DNA of 51,423 nt, taken from positions 1-51,423 of the forward strand of contig JACRCK010000115.1 of the NCBI GenBank assembly GCA_016219065.1. Reading direction: 5' to 3'. Below are positions 8,723-17,589 of the stretch, piece by piece (positions within the stretch are counted from its first letter, which is position 1; every line of letters begins with the position of its first letter). Under the pieces are notes generated by a model. That model saw nothing but the letters and a program-made list of their open reading frames with translations. It made no database searches and was not told the DNA's origin. Source of the DNA: Deltaproteobacteria bacterium (GTDB taxonomy: Bacteria; Desulfobacterota; RBG-13-43-22). The translations under genes and the position numbers were made by a program.

Positions 8723-8806
8723 AACCAAAAAAATTTGGAATTTTTTTGGTTGGGAAAAACCGTTGAACAAGAACCCAAGAGAACGTAGTTTTTATATAGA
8801 TTCTTA
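8723..8806 (+). repeat. ~85-bp dispersed repeat (aaccaaaaaaatttggaatttttttggtt...gaacccaagagaacg...agattctta), copy 1
   Basis: About 90% identical to the reverse complement of 49356-49440. It starts with an 11-bp-stem A/T hairpin. Confidence 0.85.
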
Positions 8807-8944
8807 ATTGTTAATTCTTAACGGACCGGCGTTTTTTAACCAGTAGCCAGCAACGAGCAACCAGCAACAGGTTTTATTCTCGTATTAAATCAGGGGCGGT
8901 TGAAAACCCGCCCCTGGTTTGCCGGGAGATAAGATTTAGATCTT

Positions 8945-10864
8945 TTAACGCACCGCTCCTTTAAAAGTTGCCGGCAGGAAATTCAGATGGGGCAGAATTA
9001 CAAAGAGCCGAGCGTCCAGGTTATTCTCCGTAGGGGAATCGGCCACGTGAAGGAGCCCCAGAGGGCCGAAAGCAAGAGCCGTTGGGGATTGGTATAACAC
9101 CCGATTGACATCGATAAGGGCCGTATTGGAAAACATCTCGGCTGCTGGAAAAGACGTCAGCGGCAGGGTAATATCGAGCCGCCAGACGGAGTCGATGTCC
9201 GTAGCATAAATGAAGCGCTTGCCATCAAAGGCCAGGGCGGTCGGGGCCGTAATCGTCTTGCCTCTTGGCGTTCCGATGCAGGCCCCATTGCAGATTGCCG
9301 CATTGCTTATCTGATTTAGGGTTGTCAAACCGGCCGAGTAGATGTCGCCGCCGACAAAAGCCAGTTGGTTTACTCCCCCGCCCGGATCGGTGCCTACATT
9401 CACTACCGTCTGCGTAGGGCCGTTGGGAGTGGTCACACGCTGGATCATCCCGGTCCGTATAAAACCTACGTACAAGTGGCCGTCAGGGCCCAGAGCGCTG
9501 GCTATCATCCGATCGGCGGCATTCAGCAGTCCGGTGGCCACTGTGGTGAGACCGGGAAGAATCGTCTCCGAATTCCGGTCATAGTTCAACCGAAACAGGG
9601 GGTTTACGTCTGCGGCTGAATCCGGCAGGTAAACTTTGTTGTTTGCGGGATCGAAGGAAGGCTGGCCCGGTGAAACGATGCTCTGCAAACCGCCCTGGCA
9701 CGTATCGACGTTGATGATCAGATTTCCGGGGGGCAATGGGTCGCGGTCGAGCCGACAAAATCCCTGAAGATGGTCGGAAATCCAGAAGTGCCCCCCCAGC
9801 GCTCCGGGGAGGAAAATCAGCCCGGCCGGCAGGGTGAGACCGGTGGCTTCCTGTCTGCCCACTCCCGGTGCGATGAAGGCAATACCCGGCAACTGATTGG
9901 TGGGCACCCGCCAGAGGCGGCCCTGCACGGGAGGTTCACCGGCTCGAGGATCGTCCGTTACGAACAGATTAGCGCTGCCGGTATCCAGGCCCAGGGCGCT
10001 GACATTAAGAAAGGGGAGGACCGTCGGATTCGGTGGAACGGTCCCGCCGTTGACGTAAAGTTCCGCTACGGCTCCAGGAGTGATGGGATCGAAGCGAAAA
10101 ACGCCCGAGGCCCGGCCGATGTAGAGCAGGTTGTTGACCCCATCGAACGCCAGGGACATGGGAATCCCGACATTTCTTGCTCCGGTCACAAGGGCACCCG
10201 TACAGGGAACGGCCGTCGAGCAGGAGGCCGGGGCGTTGGTGATCCTCTCGACGGCCGCCGAACCGGCCAGGAAGAGATTGTTGCCCTGAAAGGCCATTTG
10301 CAGGATGCTGATCCCGGCGGATTCGGCGCCCACGTCGAGTTGCACGGTCGGGGCGCCGCCAGGGGTAAGGATGCGGTCGAAACTGCCTTTTCTGATATAG
10401 CTTACGTAGAGGCCGTCCGGTCCCAGGGCGCAGCCCACGGCGCGATTGACCGGATCGGAAAGGATGGTGACCGGATTAATGAGCGAATTGGCGCCGGCAT
10501 CGAAGGTCAACCGCACCACTCCGGTGCGGCCGTCCGCCACATAGACAAAAGTACCATCGAAGGCCGCCTGCCCGGCTTCGATCAAACCGGGGGCACAAAA
10601 GTCCCTGTTGACAACCAAGGCGCCACCGGCGCCAGGATCGAGACGGCAAAGGCCGCTGACATGATCGGAAATCCAGAGGTTGTTTTGTACTTGTACCAGT
10701 CCCGCCGGAAGGGTCAAGCCGGTTGCCGCCCGGGTCCCCACGGCCCCATAGGACAAGGCGGACAGGCCAACCAAAACCGTAAAGAATACGGTCAGAGCCA
10801 TACCGAACCAACCGGACCGTAAAGCTCCTTTAATTCTTTTTTGGGTAGTTCTCGAAGTATTCAT
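8945..10864 (-). CDS. Secreted protein made of two propeller-like modules (paralog 2)
   Basis: N-terminal TM/signal. It carries the same duplicated motif set (NNLWISDHVSGLCRLD, GGHFWISDHLQGFCRLD, NAAICNGAC, GRLWRV). It ends ..LPATFKGAVR. Confidence 0.8.
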   Translation of the reverse strand: MNTSRTTQKRIKGALRSGWFGMALTVFFTVLVGLSALSYGAVGTRAATGLTLPAGLVQVQNNLWISDHVSGLCRLDPGAGGALVVNRDFCAPGLIEAGQAAFDGTFVYVADGRTGVVRLTFDAGANSLINPVTILSDPVNRAVGCALGPDGLYVSYIRKGSFDRILTPGGAPTVQLDVGAESAGISILQMAFQGNNLFLAGSAAVERITNAPASCSTAVPCTGALVTGARNVGIPMSLAFDGVNNLLYIGRASGVFRFDPITPGAVAELYVNGGTVPPNPTVLPFLNVSALGLDTGSANLFVTDDPRAGEPPVQGRLWRVPTNQLPGIAFIAPGVGRQEATGLTLPAGLIFLPGALGGHFWISDHLQGFCRLDRDPLPPGNLIINVDTCQGGLQSIVSPGQPSFDPANNKVYLPDSAADVNPLFRLNYDRNSETILPGLTTVATGLLNAADRMIASALGPDGHLYVGFIRTGMIQRVTTPNGPTQTVVNVGTDPGGGVNQLAFVGGDIYSAGLTTLNQISNAAICNGACIGTPRGKTITAPTALAFDGKRFIYATDIDSVWRLDITLPLTSFPAAEMFSNTALIDVNRVLYQSPTALAFGPLGLLHVADSPTENNLDARLFVILPHLNFLPATFKGAVR

Positions 10865-11029
10865 TTTGCTGTCCCTTTCCTTGAAAATGTATGAAATATG
10901 ATATGCCTTTAGGTTAACTATGTTAACAGGTTAAGTTAACAGAGGCCAAGATAAGACTAACCACTTAATACCATGACAAATTATGTTAAAATAATTATGG
11001 TATTTTTTTAATAATAGTAAATGGGTACA

Positions 11030-11048
11030 AAACACTATTTTTAGGCGG
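11030..11048 (-). promoter_or_regulatory. Shared upstream motif (copy upstream of paralog 2)
   Basis: aaaacactatttttaggcg lies 166 nt upstream of the 10864 start. Confidence 0.35.
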
Positions 11049-11102
11049 ACGGGGCTGTATTTTTTTCTACCCCGGGACGTCCGATCCATCTTTTCAGGGC
11101 AT

Positions 11103-11146
11103 AAAAAAATCCGGGACGGGTAAAACACCCGCTCCGGATTTTTTTG
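11103..11146. terminator. Rho-independent terminator with flanking A and T runs
   Basis: aaaaaaatccgggacgggtaaaacacccgctccggattttttt, downstream of the minus-strand response regulator. Confidence 0.75.
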
Positions 11147-11249
11147 AACCGTTATGTCTTGAACCGAACGTTCGGTTAGGCGTTTAGCTTTGCTTCACGC
11201 TCCCCGATTTAAATCTAAAAAGTGGGCGTTGTTTTTTTTGCCAGTACGA

Positions 11250-11705
11250 TCAGGTAGGGGGCGCCGGCTCATAGGAAGTGCCCCAAAGGCCTGGTATCGA
11301 TTCCAGAGCGGTGAAAATCTCCTCCGGTTTGCAGTCCTTGGAAAAGAAAAAATCGGCCCCGTTCTTGAAGGCGGCCTGACGATACTCGGGCAGATCGTAG
11401 CTGGTAAGAAAAAAAATGACGCATCGGGATTTTTCCAAACGGATTATCTTAGAGATTTCAAAGCCGTTGCGGTCCGGAAGATTGATATCGATAAACACCA
11501 GGTCCGGGGCAAACTCCCGATACCGGTTCAGCGCTTCCTTTCCGTTTTCGGCTTCGATTATTTTCATGGTCGGGAAACGATCATTCAGAATTTTTTTGAA
11601 TGATTCCCGGAAGAAGTGATTGTCTTCGACCAACAGGGTATTTAATGGCGACATAGGAAAAACGAATTTACGAGCTTTAGCTCCTTGATTATTTTGCAGT
11701 CCCAT
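11250..11705 (-). CDS. Single-domain CheY-like response regulator (receiver only)
   Basis: LLVEDN..., DLVFIDINLPDRNG, FFLTSY..., K in FFFSKD. GAGGGG lies 5 nt upstream of the ATG at 11705. Confidence 0.85.
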   Translation of the reverse strand: MGLQNNQGAKARKFVFPMSPLNTLLVEDNHFFRESFKKILNDRFPTMKIIEAENGKEALNRYREFAPDLVFIDINLPDRNGFEISKIIRLEKSRCVIFFLTSYDLPEYRQAAFKNGADFFFSKDCKPEEIFTALESIPGLWGTSYEPAPPT

Positions 11706-11921
11706 AATACCCCCTCAGGTATGGGCGAGTAAATAAAGTAAATTATCTATTTCCGGATGAATTGAACGGTATTTTCTAAATAGATGAAGTCCGCGGTTCA
11801 ATTCAGCGCCTCCTACATGACGCCGACGGTTCCTCCGACCGAACCAGATAGACCTGCTGATCGGCCGGGCTGCTGGTTGGGCCGGGGCGAGCGGTTCGCC
11901 CGCCCCGGATGGTTCGGGTGG

Positions 11922-14381
11922 TTACCGCTGTCTGACGGCCGCCGTGGCACTCTTGCCGTATGAGGAGACCACATTGACCGCAGCATCGAAGGCTACCGGG
12001 GAATTGGCCCGGTTGAACGACCATTTGCCGTCTACCCCCACTGTGGCGGTGCCGATTACCGTTCCGGCCCCGGGTGTGGCCCCGGTGCGGATGGTCATGG
12101 TATTGGCGGGCGGCGACGGGGCCGTGGTTCTACCGGCCACCGTCCACTGACGCAACCGGAGGTTGTACTCGGCCCGGTCGGTGGTGATGACCTCGGCGTT
12201 GGTAATAATGGTGACAGTCACCGTGGCCACGTTGGAAATGACTCCCAGGGTGTTGCGGACCGTATAGGTGAAGGTGTCGGTCCCGGTAAAGGCCAGGTTG
12301 GTATGGGTATAGGCGATGGTGCCGTTCAGGACGTTGACCGAAACCGTGCCGTGGGCCGGCGGACTGGCCACCGTCAGGGAAGCGAAGTTAATGGTCCCGG
12401 TATCGTTGGCCAGCACCGGGATGATCACCGAGGCGCCCTGGGCCACGGTTCCGTTGTCATCCACGGCCATCGGGGCTGGGTTCAGCGGGTTGACGGTTAC
12501 GGTCACCGTGGCGGGAAGCGTGACCTGACCCAGGTTGTCCTGGACCGTGTAGGTGAAAGTGACCACTCCCGTAAAGGCCACGGCGGGGGTGAAGGTGATA
12601 TTCCCGGTGGCCAGGCTGACCGAGACGGCGCCGCTGGTCGGCGGGGTCACGATGGTTACCGTGGAAGGATCCAGGAAGTTGGGGACCGTGGCCGTATCAT
12701 TGGCCAGCACCGGGATGACCACGGCCACGTTCTGGAGGGTAGCGGCGGCGTCATTCACGGCCACGGGCAGGCCGGTAACCGTTACCCGGACGGTGGCGGT
12801 GTTGGAGGTCAGGGGCTGGTTATCGGCCACCGTGTAGGTAAAAATCACATCCCCGTTGAAACCGGGGAGGGAGGTGTAGGTGATGGTCCCGTCGGCATTG
12901 TCTACAGCGGTTCCGTTAGCGGGTTGAGCCGTCACGGTCACGCTCACCGGATCAAGGGCTCCCACCAGGGCCAGGTCGTTGGCCAGCACCGGGATGATCT
13001 TGGCCGCTCCGGCCGTGGCCAGGGCGCTGTCGTTGCGGGCCACCGGGGGCAGGGCCGCCGGCAGGGCCGGGCCTATGACGATCTTCTTGGAATCCGAGCC
13101 GCCCTTCGAAGAACTGACGTTGATTACGGCGGGCGGGGCGGGGGTCAGGAAATCCGCCGGGACGCCCGATGTCAAGGCTCCGGGAGTGAAGCCCACCAGG
13201 GTCAGATTGGGCGCCGGGGCCAGCAGGTCACTGGAGGCGGCGGTCACCGTCAGGTTGCCGGTGAAGGCGCTATAGTCGGCCTGGGTGATGATCACCTGGT
13301 CCACCAGGTTGACGGCGATGCTCGTGGGCGGGTTGTTGGGGTTGGCCACGGTATTGTCGGCCGTGATGGTCAGGGTGGCCGGGAGGGTGGTCGCATTGGA
13401 GATAGGAATATGGGCGAAGAACCGTCCGGTCCCGTCCCCGGTCAGGGGCCAAGTAGGTACTCCGACCCCGGTCACGGTCACGGCCGCGGTGGGCGCCGAG
13501 TTGGCGAAGACATCGACGTGCCCCACACTGGGGGTCGCGTTGGACCGGCCGTACGTGGCCCGGGTCACGGCCAGGGGGGTGGGCACGTCGCCGTTGAACA
13601 GGCGGCCGTTGAGGGTGAAGTCCGTGGTGGAAATATCCAGTCCGCCCGGTCCCTGCACCCGGAATTCATTGCCGAAAGGGCCGCCTGTGACCTTGGTGCT
13701 GGGCAAAGCCGGATCGACCAGGTATTTTTTGGTGGGGTTCAGGGTCGGGCTGCTGAAAAAGTCCAGCGGCGCCCCACCGGGGGCGGCCGAGGCCCGGAGA
13801 AACGGCCCGATGGCGCTGCCCAGAGCGCCGGTGAAATCACCGGGGGCCCCGATGCCGATATCGGAGGTGAAATTGATGGCCCGGATCCCGGGCGCGGTTA
13901 CATTGAAGGTATGGATGCCGTAGGGATGGGTAATGGTGTAGAGGCCGGCCGAAGGCGCATCCACCCGAATCCGCACCCGACCGAAAGAAACCTGCTCCCC
14001 GGGGATTACCGGCCCGGTGGCGAAGGCGCCCTCCAGACCAAGAACTAAATCGGCTGACCCCGTGCCCAGAGGAATGATGGCCCCGGCGGCAAACCAGAAG
14101 GCCTCCTCCGGGAAGTTGGTCGGGAAGAGGATGGGGGCCGTCGGGTTGGGGATGTCCGCCGGCAGTAGGAGACAGGCCCCGGCCGCCAGTTCCGCGGTGT
14201 TGGGGAGGCACAATTCCAGGGTCAGGGCATTGCTGTCCTGATACCAGAGCGGAAAGCCGTTGCCCGGGTCCGTGGGACCCACGGCTGTCAGGGCGGCCTG
14301 AACCGCCTGGCCGGAAAGGAGTAGCAGCGCCAACCCGATAAATAACAAAATCCATTTGTTAGTGTTACGTTGCGGCTTCAT
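11922..14381 (-). CDS. Secreted protein with three tandem ~95-aa cadherin-like/Ig-like repeats
   Basis: AGGAGG lies 7 nt upstream of ATG 14381. Signal MKPQRNTNKWILLFIGLALLLLSGQAVQA. Repeats have the form P.A..D.....(I/V)IPVLAND......DP.(S/T)V.....P..G(T/A)..V....G.I.(Y/F)T.....F.G...FTYTV. Confidence 0.8.
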   Translation of the reverse strand: MKPQRNTNKWILLFIGLALLLLSGQAVQAALTAVGPTDPGNGFPLWYQDSNALTLELCLPNTAELAAGACLLLPADIPNPTAPILFPTNFPEEAFWFAAGAIIPLGTGSADLVLGLEGAFATGPVIPGEQVSFGRVRIRVDAPSAGLYTITHPYGIHTFNVTAPGIRAINFTSDIGIGAPGDFTGALGSAIGPFLRASAAPGGAPLDFFSSPTLNPTKKYLVDPALPSTKVTGGPFGNEFRVQGPGGLDISTTDFTLNGRLFNGDVPTPLAVTRATYGRSNATPSVGHVDVFANSAPTAAVTVTGVGVPTWPLTGDGTGRFFAHIPISNATTLPATLTITADNTVANPNNPPTSIAVNLVDQVIITQADYSAFTGNLTVTAASSDLLAPAPNLTLVGFTPGALTSGVPADFLTPAPPAVINVSSSKGGSDSKKIVIGPALPAALPPVARNDSALATAGAAKIIPVLANDLALVGALDPVSVTVTAQPANGTAVDNADGTITYTSLPGFNGDVIFTYTVADNQPLTSNTATVRVTVTGLPVAVNDAAATLQNVAVVIPVLANDTATVPNFLDPSTVTIVTPPTSGAVSVSLATGNITFTPAVAFTGVVTFTYTVQDNLGQVTLPATVTVTVNPLNPAPMAVDDNGTVAQGASVIIPVLANDTGTINFASLTVASPPAHGTVSVNVLNGTIAYTHTNLAFTGTDTFTYTVRNTLGVISNVATVTVTIITNAEVITTDRAEYNLRLRQWTVAGRTTAPSPPANTMTIRTGATPGAGTVIGTATVGVDGKWSFNRANSPVAFDAAVNVVSSYGKSATAAVRQR

Positions 14382-14397
14382 TGAATAATCCTCCTGA

Positions 14398-15396
14398 CTA
14401 AAAGTCGGCGTCCCGGAAAAGGTTTGGCATAAAGACATAGGTCTTGCCGGGAGTTATCGCGTTCAAGGCATCCGTGGTCCCGGAGTTCCGGGCCGTCCAG
14501 GTCACTCCGTCCGGCGAAGTGACCACTCCGCCCAGGGCCCCGACCGCTGCAAAAGTCCCGCTGTTGAAGGTCACGGAGAAAAGATCGGTGGCCAGGTTGG
14601 AGATCCGGTCGGTCCAATCAGTGCCGTTGGGGGAGGTCTTGATCGTTCCGTTGGTCCCCACGGCTAGGAAGAGGCCCCGGTCGAAATGGACGCTCCAGAG
14701 TAATTCACCCAGATTGGGGGCGGTGGTCTGCTCCAGGGTCCAGATGTTTCCGTCGGTCGAGGACAGGACGGTTTCCGCATCGCCGGTGGCCACGAATTTC
14801 CCTTGACCGAAGGTCAGGCCGGTCATTAATTCGGTGGTTACCAGGCCCGAGTCGGCAACTGGGTTCCAGTTGATCCCGTCGGGCGATCTTAAAATGGTCC
14901 CGAGATTGCCAATAGCCACAAAGGCTCCGTTGCCATGCTTGACCCCGAACAGGTTGTTGGTGGTCCCCGAAAACTGATTGGTCCAATTGATCCCGTCCGG
15001 GGAGGTCACGATGGTTCCATCAGAACCGACGGCCACAAAATGTCCTCCCCCGAAGGTTATGTTGAACAGCGTGCTGATGGCGACGTTGGAAATCTGAGGG
15101 GTCCAGGTGACTCCATCCGGAGAGGTGACTACCATACCCTGGTCCCCCACGGCCACGATCAGTCCGGCGCCACGGGTGGCCCCCCATAAAAACACGGGGG
15201 AATTGGAGATCTGGGGGACCCAGACAGATCCCTGGGGGGAGGTTAGAATCCTGCCTCCAGGCGCAACGGTGTCATTCCCCACAGCCACGAAGGTGGCGGT
15301 TTGGGCCAAGGCCGGACCGGCCAGGGGCAGGTCCAGCAGGGCTGCAATAAAAAACAACCAGAGGGCAGGGCCTGTTCTTTTCATGAATGTTGACAT
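14398..15396 (-). CDS. Secreted 7-bladed beta-propeller with Asp-box (BNR) repeats
   Basis: Signal peptide ..LAGPALAQT. There are seven repeats of F(V/A)A(V/I)G..G.(I/V).TSPDG..W(T/N), which fits the S-x-D-x-G-x-T-W Asp box. Confidence 0.8.
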   Translation of the reverse strand: MSTFMKRTGPALWLFFIAALLDLPLAGPALAQTATFVAVGNDTVAPGGRILTSPQGSVWVPQISNSPVFLWGATRGAGLIVAVGDQGMVVTSPDGVTWTPQISNVAISTLFNITFGGGHFVAVGSDGTIVTSPDGINWTNQFSGTTNNLFGVKHGNGAFVAIGNLGTILRSPDGINWNPVADSGLVTTELMTGLTFGQGKFVATGDAETVLSSTDGNIWTLEQTTAPNLGELLWSVHFDRGLFLAVGTNGTIKTSPNGTDWTDRISNLATDLFSVTFNSGTFAAVGALGGVVTSPDGVTWTARNSGTTDALNAITPGKTYVFMPNLFRDADF

Positions 15397-15480
15397 CTTA
15401 CCTTCTCCTCTCTCCTTATCGATGTGATTTAACGTTTTAATGTGTTTCCCCCTTAACCTTTTGGCAAGCCATTCCCCGGT

Positions 15481-17589
15481 TCAGGGCAGAAAGGGATCGA
15501 GTCCCAAAAAAGTCTGGATTGGCGGAAGGCCGGCGGCCGGACGGCCCCCGGTGCCCACGGCCGGCAGTTCCAGCATCTGGTCCGGCAGTCCCGGCAGTCC
15601 CTCATCATGGCCGTTGGGAATAAACAACTGGGGATGATCGAAAGGTGCCCGTTCCTGGCGGACCCGCTCGTCGGTTAGGGTCAGCAGGAAGGCCACCAGC
15701 GCCCTTTTCCGACTGAGATTGCCCTGGATGAACCCGATTTCAGCGACGAAAGGGTTTAAATCATCTACATTTTCCTGGGGAAAGTTCCCGCCCCGGGCAT
15801 AGAATTCCACCACCTGCATCAGGGTGGCCGCCCCCCCATTATGGAAATAGGGCCCGGTCAGTTCCACGTTGCGCAATCCCGGAGTCTTGAAGGCCCCGTT
15901 CACAGCCACCCGATTCAAATTACAGGGCGCCGGGAATGGCTGGCATCCGGGCAAGTCCGGAATATACGGCAGCAGATCGTCAGGGACCACGGTACCGGTG
16001 GTGTTTTTTTCCAGGCCCCGCAGGGAATAAGAAAGGGGCCGGCCGAAGGGGTCGTTGCCGCCCCGGCCTTTATCTTCGGTGGTCGGGGTGGCGGCCACAT
16101 TGTAGAAGCCTACGTCATAGAAGGCCTCGCCCTGGACCATGCCCATCCGTTCCACCAACCCCTCCACGCCCAGCAGGGCGGTCGAAGCGTTGGTCAAAAC
16201 CGGGCCGCCGTGGCACTGGATGCAGCGACCCTCGTTCATGAAGATATTCAGCCCCTCCTGTTCCTGGGGGGTGAAAGTGGCCCTTCCCTCCTGAACCCTG
16301 TCAAATTTCGAGTCGTTGGCTACCAGGGTGGCCTGGTAGAGCTGCAGGGCCACCCCAAAAAAGAAGGCGAAATTGGCTTCCATCTGGGTGTATTGACCGG
16401 CGCCCAGGGGACCCTTGGCCGCCTTGGAAATCCGGGCCGGGCCCACGAGCCTGGCAAAGGTCCGAGGATTATCGAGGGTAGGCCCTTGAATTTTCGGGGC
16501 CCCCAGGGTAACCACCTGGTTCGAATTCCAATATTTGGACGGAAAGGCTTCCTGAATCATCCGGGCATAGGTGGTCCTCAAACCGGGCATCCCGGATACC
16601 CGGCTTCCCAGGGCTTTGGTCCTTATAGACAGGGGACCAAGAACGCTGTCCTGGGGGTGGATCACCTGGCGCCCCAATGGCTGCAGGGAAAGGAGCTTGC
16701 GCCCAACCTCGGGCCAGGTCCGGCCCTGGAAAGACATTTCAAAGTCGCTCAACACCGGACCAACGGCCTGGGAGGCCAGGCTGGCGAAATCCAGCCGCAG
16801 TTTGACCGGCTTTAACTGACCATCGCCGTTGACCAGTATGGTAGCCTGGTCGTCCGCCGACCCGAAGGGGTTCTGCCCGTTGAAGACCCGGTGGGCTCGC
16901 CCGTCCCAGAAATTGTGGAGATTGAACACGGCGTTGATCACCGAGGGGGTGTTGCGGGGCTCCACCCGGCGGACATTGACCCCGCCCACCTGGAAGACCG
17001 GATCGGCCAGGGGAGACCCCTGGTCCAAACGGCTGCCTTTGGTGATACCCGTGTACAGGACCAAGGGCACCCCTTGGGAGGAGACAATGTCATTGGTGTT
17101 GGCGCTGACTCCCGAACTTTGTCGGTCCGAGGGGGAAAAACGCTGATGGAAGGGGAAATCCGCGGCCTTCAGGGTAGAATTCGGCCTGGCCTTCTGGAAG
17201 GTCTGATCACCGCCCAGCAATCCGGGACCGATCTGGTTTTTGGCCCGGTTGTCCGCCCCAGCGTGAAAATGGCAGGAAGCGCAGGCGGTTTCCCCGTCGC
17301 TGCCCACCTGCAGGTCCCAAAACAGGGCCTTGCCCAGGCGGATGGCCGCGGCTTTATCGCGGACGTAATTGTCCAGCTCCGGCGGTTCGGGAACGGCCAC
17401 GGTCTTGAGCGATGGGGGAACGGGGATGACCTGGGCCCGGGCGACCGGGCTGAAGTTAAACAGGCCGGCGGGCGACAACAGGGAACCGATCAACAGCCAA
17501 GCCATTCTCTTTCGCCAGGGCTTCGGCCGGGAAGGACCGTTGTTTTTGATTTCGTTGTTCATGATGGGGCTGAAGCCTCCTCTACCCAT
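15481..17589 (-). CDS. Di-haem cytochrome c peroxidase/MauG-family protein, oversized (702 aa)
   Basis: Haem motifs CASCH (res 103-107) and CIQCH (res 456-460). CCP signature PSVINAVFNLHNFWDGRA. Signal-like ..RKRMAWLLIGSLLSPAGLF..ARA. The ATG overlaps the upstream TGA (TGATG). Confidence 0.85.
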   Translation of the reverse strand: MGRGGFSPIMNNEIKNNGPSRPKPWRKRMAWLLIGSLLSPAGLFNFSPVARAQVIPVPPSLKTVAVPEPPELDNYVRDKAAAIRLGKALFWDLQVGSDGETACASCHFHAGADNRAKNQIGPGLLGGDQTFQKARPNSTLKAADFPFHQRFSPSDRQSSGVSANTNDIVSSQGVPLVLYTGITKGSRLDQGSPLADPVFQVGGVNVRRVEPRNTPSVINAVFNLHNFWDGRAHRVFNGQNPFGSADDQATILVNGDGQLKPVKLRLDFASLASQAVGPVLSDFEMSFQGRTWPEVGRKLLSLQPLGRQVIHPQDSVLGPLSIRTKALGSRVSGMPGLRTTYARMIQEAFPSKYWNSNQVVTLGAPKIQGPTLDNPRTFARLVGPARISKAAKGPLGAGQYTQMEANFAFFFGVALQLYQATLVANDSKFDRVQEGRATFTPQEQEGLNIFMNEGRCIQCHGGPVLTNASTALLGVEGLVERMGMVQGEAFYDVGFYNVAATPTTEDKGRGGNDPFGRPLSYSLRGLEKNTTGTVVPDDLLPYIPDLPGCQPFPAPCNLNRVAVNGAFKTPGLRNVELTGPYFHNGGAATLMQVVEFYARGGNFPQENVDDLNPFVAEIGFIQGNLSRKRALVAFLLTLTDERVRQERAPFDHPQLFIPNGHDEGLPGLPDQMLELPAVGTGGRPAAGLPPIQTFLGLDPFLP

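Noticed and set aside
11881-11907. GC hairpin after the cadherin-like gene as the operon terminator
   Set aside because: It has a 12-bp stem with one mismatch but no U-tract on the minus strand. It is not called as a terminator and is only mentioned in the operon finding.
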